Of a DNA stretch of 64,000 nucleotides, positions 36,912 through 45,030 are shown in pieces (the stretch's first letter is position 1; every line of letters starts with the position of its first letter). The notes beneath the pieces are model-generated. The model made no database searches. It was not told the DNA's origin and saw only the letters and a program-made list of their open reading frames with translations. Origin of the DNA: Vicinamibacterales bacterium (GTDB lineage: Bacteria > Acidobacteriota > Vicinamibacteria > Vicinamibacterales > SCN-69-37); contig JAURFE010000001.1 of NCBI GenBank assembly GCA_030827135.1, positions 26,569-90,568 on the forward strand, read 5' to 3'. The translations under genes and the position numbers were made by a program.

Positions 36912-37412
36912 TTATCCCTTCCTGACCCGGGCCATCAGCCGGGCTTCCACCGCGCGTGGGACCATGCCGGTCACCGAGCCCCCCAGTGAAGCCACTTCCT
37001 TCACCAATCGAGAACTGATGTGCGCGTGCTGCGCCGACGCGAGCAGACAGACGGTGTCAATGCCGGGCGCCAGATGCGCGTTCATGGCGATCATCGGCTG
37101 CTCGTACTCAAAGTCGGTGGAACTGCGCAGCCCCCGCACGATCGCCACGGCGCCCACACGCTGGGCGTACTCCACGAGGAGACCTCCGAACGCATCGACC
37201 TCGATGTGCCCCGGGCTGTCGATGCCGGCGCACGACTCGCGAATCAAGTCCACGCGCTCGTCAACGGTGAACAGGGACTGCTTGGCGGGATTGATCAACA
37301 CGGTGACGACCACGCGATCAAACAGCCGCGCGGCCCGGCGGATCAGATCGAGATGGCCCTCGGTGATCGGGTCAAATGAGCCTGGGAACAGCGCGATCCG
37401 TGTCTGGGACAT
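36912..37412 (-). CDS. coaD: pantetheine-phosphate adenylyltransferase
   Basis: 166-aa ORF (IALFPGSFDPITEGHLDLIRRA...; VRGLRSSTDFEYE). Confidence 0.95.
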   Translation of the reverse strand: MSQTRIALFPGSFDPITEGHLDLIRRAARLFDRVVVTVLINPAKQSLFTVDERVDLIRESCAGIDSPGHIEVDAFGGLLVEYAQRVGAVAIVRGLRSSTDFEYEQPMIAMNAHLAPGIDTVCLLASAQHAHISSRLVKEVASLGGSVTGMVPRAVEARLMARVRKG

Positions 37413-37414
37413 GG

Positions 37415-37939
37415 CTACCGGTAGAAGGATAACGCGCTATCCCCTGCTTCGAGCACCCGAACTCGTGTACGGTCCCCAAGGGTCTCCGGCGATTGGCGCG
37501 ACCGCCGATGCTCGAAAATCAGCCGGCCCTCCGGCGTCAGATGGCCGGCCGCCACCGCGAGTGCCTCCTCCAACTGGGGCATGTCATAGGGCGGGTCCAC
37601 AAACACCAGGTCAAAGTCCCCGGCGCCCGTCGAGCGCAGGAAGTCGCTGCGGATGAGACGGCACCGGTCCCCCACGCCACAGTGGTCGATGTTGGCCTGC
37701 GCGACCTTCGCCGCCCTGGGCGCCATTTCGTAGACGACGGCCGAGACGGCGCCGCGACTGATGGCTTCAATCGCGACGGCCGCCGTGCCACCGAAGGCGT
37801 CGAGCACGCGGGTGCCACTGACAGAGGGGCCCAACACATTGAACAGCGTCTCGCGCAGCCGATCAGAGGTCGGCCGCACGTCGTCAGTCTCGGGTCCCAT
37901 CAGGCGGCGCCCCTTGAGTTGGCCGGCGATGACGCGCAT
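37415..37939 (-). CDS. rsmD: 16S rRNA (guanine966-N2)-methyltransferase
   Basis: 174-aa ORF (MRVIAGQLKGRRL...RPTSDRLRETLFN...DLVFVDPPY). Confidence 0.9.
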   Translation of the reverse strand: MRVIAGQLKGRRLMGPETDDVRPTSDRLRETLFNVLGPSVSGTRVLDAFGGTAAVAIEAISRGAVSAVVYEMAPRAAKVAQANIDHCGVGDRCRLIRSDFLRSTGAGDFDLVFVDPPYDMPQLEEALAVAAGHLTPEGRLIFEHRRSRQSPETLGDRTRVRVLEAGDSALSFYR

Positions 37940-40033
37940 CTACCCGACCCCGACCAGGCCGAATCGCTCGGCCCAATGCGACGACAGGTAGTCCACCAGG
38001 GGGCGTGCCCGCGTCGTGTCATCCAACCACGAGACCGCGGCCCGGCGCGCATCTTCCATCAACACATGGTCACGCACGAGGTCACCCACACGCAGGGTCG
38101 GCAGCCCCGACTGCCGTGTGCCGAAGAAGTCACCGGGGCCCCGAATCTCCAGGTCCCGCTCGGCAATCACAAAGCCGTCGGTGGTCTCGGTCAACGCATC
38201 AATGCGCGCTTTCCCCTGTTCCGTCACTGGGTATTGGTACAGCAGCACACACGTGGACGGATGGGCCCCTCGTCCGACTCGCCCACGCAACTGGTGCAAC
38301 TGCGAGAGGCCGAAGCGTTCCGCGTGCTCGATCAGCATCACGGTCGCATTCGCCACGTCCACGCCCACTTCCACGACCGTCGTCGCGGCCAGGACGTGCA
38401 CGTCCCCCCGCGCAAAGGCCGCCATCACCTGTTCCTTTTCGTCCGCCTTCATCCGCCCATGGAGAAGCGCCACACGATATTCCGGAAACACGTCCTGCTG
38501 GAGGGTGTCGAACATCGCGGTGGCCGCTTTGAGGTCCACCTTCTCGGATTCATCCACCAGCGGGTAAATCACGTACGCCTGCCGGCCCTGTTCCAGTTCC
38601 CGCCGCACCATCGTGTAGACCTCATCACGCCGGGTTTCCGGCCTGGCGAGTGTCTTGATGGGCTGGCGGCCGGGCGGCAGGCCACGAATCACCGACACGT
38701 CCAGATCGCCAAACGCGGTGAGCGCCAACGTGCGGGGTATCGGCGTGGCCGTCATCACCAGCACGTCCGGCTTCTGCCCCTTCTCGCGCAGGGTCGCACG
38801 CTGCAACACGCCGAAGCGATGTTGCTCGTCGATGATGACCAGGCCGAGGTCACGAAACTCCACCGCGCCTTCCACGAGCGCATGGGTGCCGACCACCAGA
38901 TGCGTCGTGCCGCTCGCAATCTCGGCAAGGGCCGCGCGCTTCTTCGCCGCCGTCAGGCTGCCGGTCAGGGAGGCCACCCGGAACCGCGATCGATCAAGCA
39001 GCCGCCGGATCGTCAGGTAATGCTGGTCCGCGAGAATTTCGGTCGGCGCCATGAACGCGACCTGCAGCCCGTTCTCCATTGCCACGATCGCCGCCAGCAA
39101 CGCGACGATCGTCTTGCCCGCACCGACATCACCTTGCAGCAAACGATGCATCGGCTCCGGACGCTGCATGTCAGTGACGATTTCGCGCAGTGCGACCTTC
39201 TGACCATCCGTCAGCTTGAACGGCAACACCCTGCGCGCGGCTTCACGCGCCCGGTCATCGACCACGACCGGGCGCGGCTTCTTCTCCTCGGCCTGCCGTC
39301 GCTTGCGCAACACCAGGCCGGCCTGAAACAGGAAGAACTCCTCGAAGATCAACCGCCGATGGGCATCGGTCGCGCACGCGTTGAGCGCCTCGACGTCCGT
39401 GCCGGCCTTGGGGAAGTGCACCGCACGGACAGCCTCCGCCCGCGAGGGCAACGCGCCTCGCACCACCGCCGGCACCGGGTCCGCGATGTCATCCGGCATC
39501 TCGCTGAGCAGCTGAAAGATCAGCGACCGCTGCATCCGCGTGGTGACCGCCCCGATTTTTTCGTAGATCGGCACGATGCGCCCGGTATGCACCGTCACGT
39601 CATCCACCGGCGCATCGTCTACCAGCTCGCCGCGTACGATCTCATACTCGGCATTGGTGAACTGCAGACCGCCGCTGCGGTATTCGAGCAGGCCGTAGAG
39701 CACGACCTGCTGATGCGGACGAAAGACGTCCTTCAGGAACGCCTGGTTCGGGAACACGGCTCGAATGGCGCCGCTGCCGTCGCGCACGACGACTTCAAAC
39801 AACCGGAAGCCCGGACGCCGGGTCGTGCGGACACCTGACGACAACACCTCGCCGACAACCGTGGCGGTGTGTCCTGGACGAAGCGACGCGATGGGTGTCA
39901 GGCCGGCGCGGTTTTCGTAGCGCCGCGGGAACCGCAGGAGCAGGTCCTCCACCGTGACCACCCCCACACGCGCAAACTCTGCCGCGCGCCTGGGCCCAAC
40001 CCCTTTGATGAATTGGAGCGGCTGCGACAACAC
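37940..40033 (-). CDS. recG: ATP-dependent DNA helicase RecG
   Basis: 697-aa ORF. Wedge domain and helicase motifs (GDVGAGKT, DEQHRFG, TATPIPRT). Confidence 0.95.
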   Translation of the reverse strand: MLSQPLQFIKGVGPRRAAEFARVGVVTVEDLLLRFPRRYENRAGLTPIASLRPGHTATVVGEVLSSGVRTTRRPGFRLFEVVVRDGSGAIRAVFPNQAFLKDVFRPHQQVVLYGLLEYRSGGLQFTNAEYEIVRGELVDDAPVDDVTVHTGRIVPIYEKIGAVTTRMQRSLIFQLLSEMPDDIADPVPAVVRGALPSRAEAVRAVHFPKAGTDVEALNACATDAHRRLIFEEFFLFQAGLVLRKRRQAEEKKPRPVVVDDRAREAARRVLPFKLTDGQKVALREIVTDMQRPEPMHRLLQGDVGAGKTIVALLAAIVAMENGLQVAFMAPTEILADQHYLTIRRLLDRSRFRVASLTGSLTAAKKRAALAEIASGTTHLVVGTHALVEGAVEFRDLGLVIIDEQHRFGVLQRATLREKGQKPDVLVMTATPIPRTLALTAFGDLDVSVIRGLPPGRQPIKTLARPETRRDEVYTMVRRELEQGRQAYVIYPLVDESEKVDLKAATAMFDTLQQDVFPEYRVALLHGRMKADEKEQVMAAFARGDVHVLAATTVVEVGVDVANATVMLIEHAERFGLSQLHQLRGRVGRGAHPSTCVLLYQYPVTEQGKARIDALTETTDGFVIAERDLEIRGPGDFFGTRQSGLPTLRVGDLVRDHVLMEDARRAAVSWLDDTTRARPLVDYLSSHWAERFGLVGVG

Positions 40034-40039
40034 AGGCAG

Positions 40040-40645
40040 TTACTGGACGACGGTGGCGGCGCCGCGACGCACGTGCACTTCGCGAATGGCGGCGGGCAAC
40101 TCGAACGGCTCGTCGAGTGTGATTCCCTTGGGGAAGTCCTCGGACCGTGTGTAAAACGCGAGCAGTTCCTGCAACACCGCGCGGGGGACCGGCACCCCGC
40201 CCACCGACGCGGACTCAAACCGGTAGACGCCCTTGCCGCCGGTGCCGGTGAGACCGCCCACCATCACCACTTCAAGTGCGCCCGTCACGTAGGACAGCGG
40301 GTCGAGCCAACTGCGTTTCTGGGACGTGCGCACGGCGTCGAGATCCACCAGCGATCGGGTTTCGAGCGTGCCGTCTGCGGGCATCACCACACGAACGAAC
40401 TTCACGCCGGCGGGAAACTGGTCGCCGGCGTGATGCAGCAGGTAGGCGTTCAGTTCCTGTTCGGTGAATGACGTCCGCAGCGGCGCGGGCTTCCGGGGTG
40501 GCGCGATCGCGCGCTGCATGATCGCGTCCACCTTTTTGGCCATGCGATCGGCTTCGGCGCGAGACGGCGCCTGCGCTGCGGACACCGCAGCCACGCTGCA
40601 GGCGATCACCGCCGACAGCACCCAGGCTCGTACTCGAAGGGGCAT
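40040..40645 (-). CDS. hypothetical secreted protein
   Basis: 201-aa ORF with a signal peptide (AWVLSAVIACSVAAVSAAQA). No family recognised. Confidence 0.5.
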   Translation of the reverse strand: MPLRVRAWVLSAVIACSVAAVSAAQAPSRAEADRMAKKVDAIMQRAIAPPRKPAPLRTSFTEQELNAYLLHHAGDQFPAGVKFVRVVMPADGTLETRSLVDLDAVRTSQKRSWLDPLSYVTGALEVVMVGGLTGTGGKGVYRFESASVGGVPVPRAVLQELLAFYTRSEDFPKGITLDEPFELPAAIREVHVRRGAATVVQ

Positions 40646-40655
40646 GCCTTCGATT

Positions 40656-41216
40656 CTACTCCCGTCCGGCCTGCCTCGCGCGTGTCAGGAATTCAATCTT
40701 CTGCCGCTCCATCTCTTCCTCAAAGAGCCGGAACCGCGCCCGTTGCCGAACACTCAGCGTCTCCTCGATGGCCCCGCGCGCCGCCAGCAGTTCCTGCTCG
40801 AACTTGCCCTGCGCGTCGTCGAAGGCCTTGAGTGCCGCGGCCAGTGCGGCATCGTCGGTGCCGGCATCGCCAAACGACCGGCGGAGGTCGTTCAGCATGC
40901 GCATCCGCTGGCGCATGTGCTGGCGGCGCACGTCCTGCAACCGGTTCATGCGCATGAAGAAGCGCTGATACTGCTCATCCGGCAATTGCAGCACGCGCTG
41001 TGCCTGGACGAGCACAAAGGCATCAAACATCCCCTGCAGTTCCTGAAGGCCGACGCCGGGTGCGGGACTGGGCGGCGCGTTCTGCGCCCGGCCGCGTGCG
41101 ATCTGGGGACGCGGCGGAGGCTCCTGCGCCTGCGCGACACTGCCCACCAGGAGCAGCCCCAGAACCGCTGATGTGATGACCGTCTTGACTGTGTTGGCGC
41201 GCATGTCCCTACTCAC
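40656..41216 (-). CDS. periplasmic Spy/CpxP-like (LTxxQ-type) helical protein
   Basis: 186-aa ORF with a signal peptide. Helical and Arg/Gln-rich, with LPDEQ and LSVRQ motifs. Located in the ECF sigma cluster. Confidence 0.5.
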   Translation of the reverse strand: MSRDMRANTVKTVITSAVLGLLLVGSVAQAQEPPPRPQIARGRAQNAPPSPAPGVGLQELQGMFDAFVLVQAQRVLQLPDEQYQRFFMRMNRLQDVRRQHMRQRMRMLNDLRRSFGDAGTDDAALAAALKAFDDAQGKFEQELLAARGAIEETLSVRQRARFRLFEEEMERQKIEFLTRARQAGRE

Positions 41217-41529
41217 TTCCTTCCGTCAGTTCCGCCTGTAACAACCTCGCGAACGCCTCGCGTTCACTCGCAGTCAACGTGGCGAGCGCCCCGTCGAACG
41301 ACCCGGTCGAGGGCCGCAACACCTCACGCGCGGCATCGTCCTCGAGTGACGCCAGCATGTCGGACACAAACTGCCATTGCGCCGTGTCGCCAATGGCATC
41401 GGTCTCAACGACGGCGTCTGCGTCACTCACCACCACATCCGCGACAGGGGTGCGCGGCACCACGCCCCACGAGACCACCAGCAGCAACGCGGCCGCGGCC
41501 GCGAGACTCACCCACGCGCACCACTCCAC
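41209..41529 (-). CDS. TM plus periplasmic part of an anti-sigma factor (separate ORF or frameshifted continuation)
   Basis: 106-aa ORF with a GTG start that begins with a TM helix (WVSLAAAAALLLVVSWGVV). Overlaps the end of the zf-HC2 ORF by 22 nt. Confidence 0.45.
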   Translation of the reverse strand: MEWCAWVSLAAAAALLLVVSWGVVPRTPVADVVVSDADAVVETDAIGDTAQWQFVSDMLASLEDDAAREVLRPSTGSFDGALATLTASEREAFARLLQAELTEGSE

Positions 41530-41780
41530 CAGGCGGCCGTGCGGGTATCCACCGCGCGACCGACTCGCGCCTGCAACTGATCCCAGAACACCGGCGGTGG
41601 TTCAGGCACATCGATGCGCGCATCCACGGCCAGGCCGTCCCACACCTGTTGCAGCGCGGCCACCTCCTGCCGGCATTCGACGCAGTCGTGCAGATGCGCG
41701 CGCCGGGGCGCCGACAGCGTGCCCTCGATCGCGTCGACGCGTTCGTCCTCGCTCAGATGAAGCCTCACTGGCGTCGTCAT
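41508..41780 (-). CDS. zf-HC2 anti-sigma factor, cytoplasmic domain
   Basis: 90-aa ORF with the HLHDCVECRQEV motif. Its ATG overlaps the sigma-factor stop. Confidence 0.65.
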   Translation of the reverse strand: MTTPVRLHLSEDERVDAIEGTLSAPRRAHLHDCVECRQEVAALQQVWDGLAVDARIDVPEPPPVFWDQLQARVGRAVDTRTAAWWSGARG

Positions 41781-42340
41781 GACTCCAACATCCGTTTCAG
41801 ATTCCCAAGTGCGTGAAAAAAATTTGCCTTGGCGGCCCCCACGGTTCCCCCGAGGATGGCCGCAATCTCCTCGTGGGAGAGTTCCTGATACACACGCAAC
41901 ATCACGGTCGCCCGCTGCTTCGCCGGCAGTTGGGCGATCGCCCGCCGGACATCGGCGGCCCGCTCGCCGCGCGCCACCATGCCGAAAGCGTCGTCCGACC
42001 GCTCGTCCACATGACGCGCGGCGTCGAGCGGTTCAATGCCCGGACGGACGAGCGCGGCGCGATTCAGACACACATTCACCGCGACGCGGTGCAGCCAGGT
42101 TGACAGCTTTGCGTCGCCCTTGAACGCCTTCAGGCCTTTGAAGGCGCGCACAAACACGTCCTGCGTGAGATCCGCGGCGTCCTCGTGATTGCGCACGAAC
42201 CGGTAGCACACCTGATACACCCCACGCTGGTGCCGGGCGACGATCGTGTCGAACGCCGCGCGTTCCCCATCCACAAACGAACGCACGAGGGCGAGGTCGT
42301 CCAGCGCCGACAGGTCGGCTGTCACCTTCGAGTCGGTCAC
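41777..42340 (-). CDS. ECF-type RNA polymerase sigma-70 factor
   Basis: Region 2 (YQVCYRFVRNHEDAADLTQDVFVRAF) and region 4 (LPAKQRATVMLRVYQELSHEEIAAILG). Start placed at GTG 42340, which makes a GTGA overlap with the pfkB-like stop. The longest ORF reaches 42400. Confidence 0.85.
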   Translation of the reverse strand: MTDSKVTADLSALDDLALVRSFVDGERAAFDTIVARHQRGVYQVCYRFVRNHEDAADLTQDVFVRAFKGLKAFKGDAKLSTWLHRVAVNVCLNRAALVRPGIEPLDAARHVDERSDDAFGMVARGERAADVRRAIAQLPAKQRATVMLRVYQELSHEEIAAILGGTVGAAKANFFHALGNLKRMLES

Positions 42341-43368
42341 TCCCCGTCCCCACGCTCCGGCGCGCCTGACAACGGCGGCACCGTCTGCTCCCGTCCCCAT
42401 GTTTCCTTAGACCGGCGAAGGGGGCTCTGCGTCACAAAATGCTGCAGTTCCGCCCTCGTCGGCAGGCCGGACTGGGCGCCGCGCCCGCGGCAGTTCAGGG
42501 CCGCCGTCGCGTTTGCGAGGTCCAGAAAATCGGACCACAGACCGCCGGTCCAGGGGTCCAGGAGTCCAGGGGTCCAGAAGTCCCGGGGTCCTGGAGGCCC
42601 GGGGTTCAAGAGCGCCCAGATCAGGCCGGCTCGGAAGGCGTCGCCGGCGCCGGTGGTGTCGGTGACGGGCACGACGTAGCCGGGGGCATAGTGTTCGGTC
42701 TCGCCGTCCCAGGCGATGGCGCCGTTCGCGCCGAGGGTGGCGACGACGACGCGGGCGGCTGAGGCGGCGTGGAGGTGCCGGACGTCTCCTGACAGCGGTT
42801 CGGACACGACGAGAATGTCGACTTCGGCGAGCAGCGCATCGAGGCCCGGCACCTGCGCGTCCACATCGGCGACGGTCAGCACCCCGGCTGCCCGCGCAGC
42901 GCGGGCCATGCGTGCCGACGCATGGGGTTCGGTCGCGTCGACAAGGAGCACCTTCGCGCCGAGCACGGCGTCGACAGGCACGTCATCTCCCCACAGCAGG
43001 GCGTCATCGCGGTGCCACAGCACGGTACGCGTCTGAGCGGCGGCGTCCACAATGATCATCGCCGTTCGCGTCGAGCCCTCGGCGGTTCGGCACCAGGTAC
43101 GGTCAACGCCTTCGCGTGTCAGCGCGTCACAAATGACCGCCGCGTGGCTGTCGGTCCCGAACGCGCCGATGTACCGAACCGAGAGGCCCAGCCGCGCGCA
43201 CCCAACCATCGCCGTCGCGATTTGCCCACCAGGTAGCGTCTCGAGTGACTCGAGCCGCGCCTTCCCATCGGGCGGCGGCAACCCGGCGACCGTGGCGACC
43301 AGATCGACCGAGTTCTCGCCGAAGCCGACGACGTCCCACGTGCGTTGACTTTCGCCTTCCCTTTGCAT
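42337..43368 (-). CDS. PfkB-family sugar/nucleoside kinase carrying a repeat-encoded insertion
   Basis: 343-aa ORF. GFGENSVDLV near the N-terminus and the DTTGAGDAFRAG anion-hole motif. A ~25-aa insertion (NPGPPGPRDFWTPGLLDPWTGGLWSDF) follows that motif. Confidence 0.85.
   Translation of the reverse strand: MQREGESQRTWDVVGFGENSVDLVATVAGLPPPDGKARLESLETLPGGQIATAMVGCARLGLSVRYIGAFGTDSHAAVICDALTREGVDRTWCRTAEGSTRTAMIIVDAAAQTRTVLWHRDDALLWGDDVPVDAVLGAKVLLVDATEPHASARMARAARAAGVLTVADVDAQVPGLDALLAEVDILVVSEPLSGDVRHLHAASAARVVVATLGANGAIAWDGETEHYAPGYVVPVTDTTGAGDAFRAGLIWALLNPGPPGPRDFWTPGLLDPWTGGLWSDFLDLANATAALNCRGRGAQSGLPTRAELQHFVTQSPLRRSKETWGREQTVPPLSGAPERGDGE
42547..42610. repeat. octanucleotide tandem array (GGTCCAGG-like, 8 units) inside the PfkB-family gene
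   Basis: ggtccagg ggtccagg agtccagg ggtccaga agtcccgg ggtcctgg aggcccgg ggttcaag. Confidence 0.8.
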
Positions 43369-43373
43369 AGAGT
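43345..43373 (+). promoter_or_regulatory. sigma-70-like promoter of lexA (TTGACT-N17-TAGAGT)
   Basis: Read directly from the sequence. The -10 hexamer ends 6 nt before the GTG start of lexA, which implies a leaderless or near-leaderless mRNA. Confidence 0.45.
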
Positions 43374-43379
43374 CGCCCT

Positions 43380-43985
43380 GTGCAGCCCCTTACCAAACGT
43401 CAACGCGAGATTCTCGACTACCTTCAGGAATTCATCCAGCAACACGGCTACGCGCCAAGTCTGGAGGAAATCGGCCGTCGTTTTGGTCTCTCTTCGCTCG
43501 CGACGGTGCACAAGCATCTCACCAATCTGGAGGAAAAGGGCTTCATCCGGCGCCTCTGGAACCGGAGCCGGTCGGTGGAACTGCTGACCGCGCGCACGGG
43601 GCAGCGGGCCGTGGAGCTGCCGATGCTCGGATATGTCGCCGCGGGTGTGCCGATTGAGGCCGTCGCCGGCAACGAAACCATTGCCGTGCCTGAGGACTTC
43701 GTCGGCCGGCGCGACACCTACGTCCTGCGCGTCAAGGGCGACTCGATGATCGATGAACAAATCCGCGACGGCGACTTCGTCATCGTCGAAGACCGCAAGA
43801 CGGCGGACAACGGCGAGATGGTCATCGCCCTGGTCGGTGGCCTCGACGTCACGCTGAAGAAGTTTTACCGGGAAAACGGGCGTGTGCGTCTGCAGCCGGC
43901 CAATCCGACCATGCAACCGATAATCATGGACCCGTCGATGGTGCAATTGCAGGGCGTCGTGGTCGGGGTCATGAGAAAGTACTGA
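43380..43985 (+). CDS. lexA: LexA repressor
   Basis: 201-aa ORF. Winged HTH (LTKRQREILDYL...SSLATVHKHLTNLEEKGFIRR) and S24 peptidase domain (VKGDSMID...; LKKF). Confidence 0.95.
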   Translation: MQPLTKRQREILDYLQEFIQQHGYAPSLEEIGRRFGLSSLATVHKHLTNLEEKGFIRRLWNRSRSVELLTARTGQRAVELPMLGYVAAGVPIEAVAGNETIAVPEDFVGRRDTYVLRVKGDSMIDEQIRDGDFVIVEDRKTADNGEMVIALVGGLDVTLKKFYRENGRVRLQPANPTMQPIIMDPSMVQLQGVVVGVMRKY

Positions 43986-43986
43986 C

Positions 43987-44310
43987 ATGTCCACTCCTGC
44001 CAAACAACTGAGCTTCACGATCGTCCCGGACGAATCGGCGGACAGCCCCCGCACTTACGCCAACTTCTGCGCGGTCGGGCACACGCCGTTCGACATGACC
44101 CTGACCTTCTGCGACGTGCGGCCGCTGTCGGAACGCGACATCAAAAACGCCGAAGAGCATCAGACCGTGAAGGCGCCGGTCGTGTCGCGCATCGCCCTCC
44201 CCTTCAGCGTGGTGCCCGGCCTCATCAATGCGCTCCAGGAACAGATGCGCTCCATGCAGGATGCCCAGGTGCAGCAGTCGCAGGGCTGGCCCCAGGGACC
44301 GCTCCACTAG
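43987..44310 (+). CDS. DUF3467-like protein
   Basis: 107-aa ORF starting 2 nt after the lexA stop (YANFCAVGHTPFDMTLTFCDV). Confidence 0.7.
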   Translation: MSTPAKQLSFTIVPDESADSPRTYANFCAVGHTPFDMTLTFCDVRPLSERDIKNAEEHQTVKAPVVSRIALPFSVVPGLINALQEQMRSMQDAQVQQSQGWPQGPLH

Positions 44311-44365
44311 ATGAGCGGATGGGCAGTTGGGCGGATGGGCGGCTGAGTTGTTGGGCGGCTGATGG
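44310..44365. repeat. G-rich 8-bp-periodic tandem array (GATGGGCG-like, ~7 units)
   Basis: gatgagcg gatgggca gttgggcg gatgggcg gctgagtt gttgggcg gctgatgg. It fills the DUF3467-nth intergenic gap and runs into the nth ATG. Confidence 0.6.
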
Positions 44366-45030
44366 CGAAAAAAAAGGCGCCCGACGTCTCTCAGGCAGTC
44401 TTTGACGGCCTCGACACCATGCATCCGAATGCGTGGACGGAACTCGCGTTCACGACTCCGTACGAACTGCTCGTCGCCACGATTCTGTCGGCGCAGTGCA
44501 CCGATGCGCGGGTGAACCAGGTCACACCTGCGCTCTTTGCGAAGTATCCGAATGCACGCACACTGGCCGACGCGGATCAGGCGACGCTCGAAGGCATGAT
44601 TCAGTCAACAGGGTTCTTCCGCGCAAAGACGAAGAGCCTGCTGGGCATGGCCTCCGCCGTGGTCGAGGAACATGGCGGCGAGATTCCATCCGACATGGAC
44701 GCGCTGGTCGCGTTGCCAGGCGTTGGACGCAAAACCGCCAACGTCGTGCGCGGCCACGCGTTTCGGATCCCGGGCTTTCCTGTTGATCGCCATGTCTTGC
44801 GCGTCGCAACCCGCATCGGCTTCCTGAAAGGCAAAGCGACCGAAGACGCAGTCGCCGCGGAGAAGGCGCTGACGAAGCTCCTGCCTCCCGAGCGGTGGAC
44901 CGTCGCCTCGGACACACTCATCCTGCACGGCCGGCGCATCTGCAAGCCCAGGCCCCTGTGCGACCGCTGCTCGATTCGGCCCCACTGCGCGTACTATCGA
45001 CTGCATGGACCCGGCCGCGTTTCCCGCTGA
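44362..45030 (+). CDS. nth: endonuclease III
   Basis: 222-aa ORF. HhH-GPD motif (LPGVGRKTANVV) and a [4Fe-4S] Cys cluster (CKPRPLCDRCSIRPHC). Confidence 0.95.
   Translation: MAKKKAPDVSQAVFDGLDTMHPNAWTELAFTTPYELLVATILSAQCTDARVNQVTPALFAKYPNARTLADADQATLEGMIQSTGFFRAKTKSLLGMASAVVEEHGGEIPSDMDALVALPGVGRKTANVVRGHAFRIPGFPVDRHVLRVATRIGFLKGKATEDAVAAEKALTKLLPPERWTVASDTLILHGRRICKPRPLCDRCSIRPHCAYYRLHGPGRVSR

Noticed and set aside
37493-39838. 781-aa plus-strand ORF. Similar long antisense ORFs occur at 30793-32457, 46596-47816, 47973-49253, 9066-10880, 7834-9069, 55598-56938, 58436-59383, 60324-61361 and 20372-21634
   Set aside because: Each lies fully opposite a gene with strong homology (recG, rho, rnj, ftsK, the two-component pair, acs, aroG, trpB, GH51). 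The translations are Arg/His/Gly-rich with no recognisable domains. They are GC-driven lack-of-stop artefacts.
43290-43380. Canonical LexA boxes (CTGT-N8-ACAG, GAAC-N4-GTTC, GTTC-N7-GTTC) upstream of lexA
   Set aside because: None is found by eye in the 90 bp upstream. Only the weaker TGCATAG-N7-CTGTGCA palindrome is present, and it is reported as a hypothesis.
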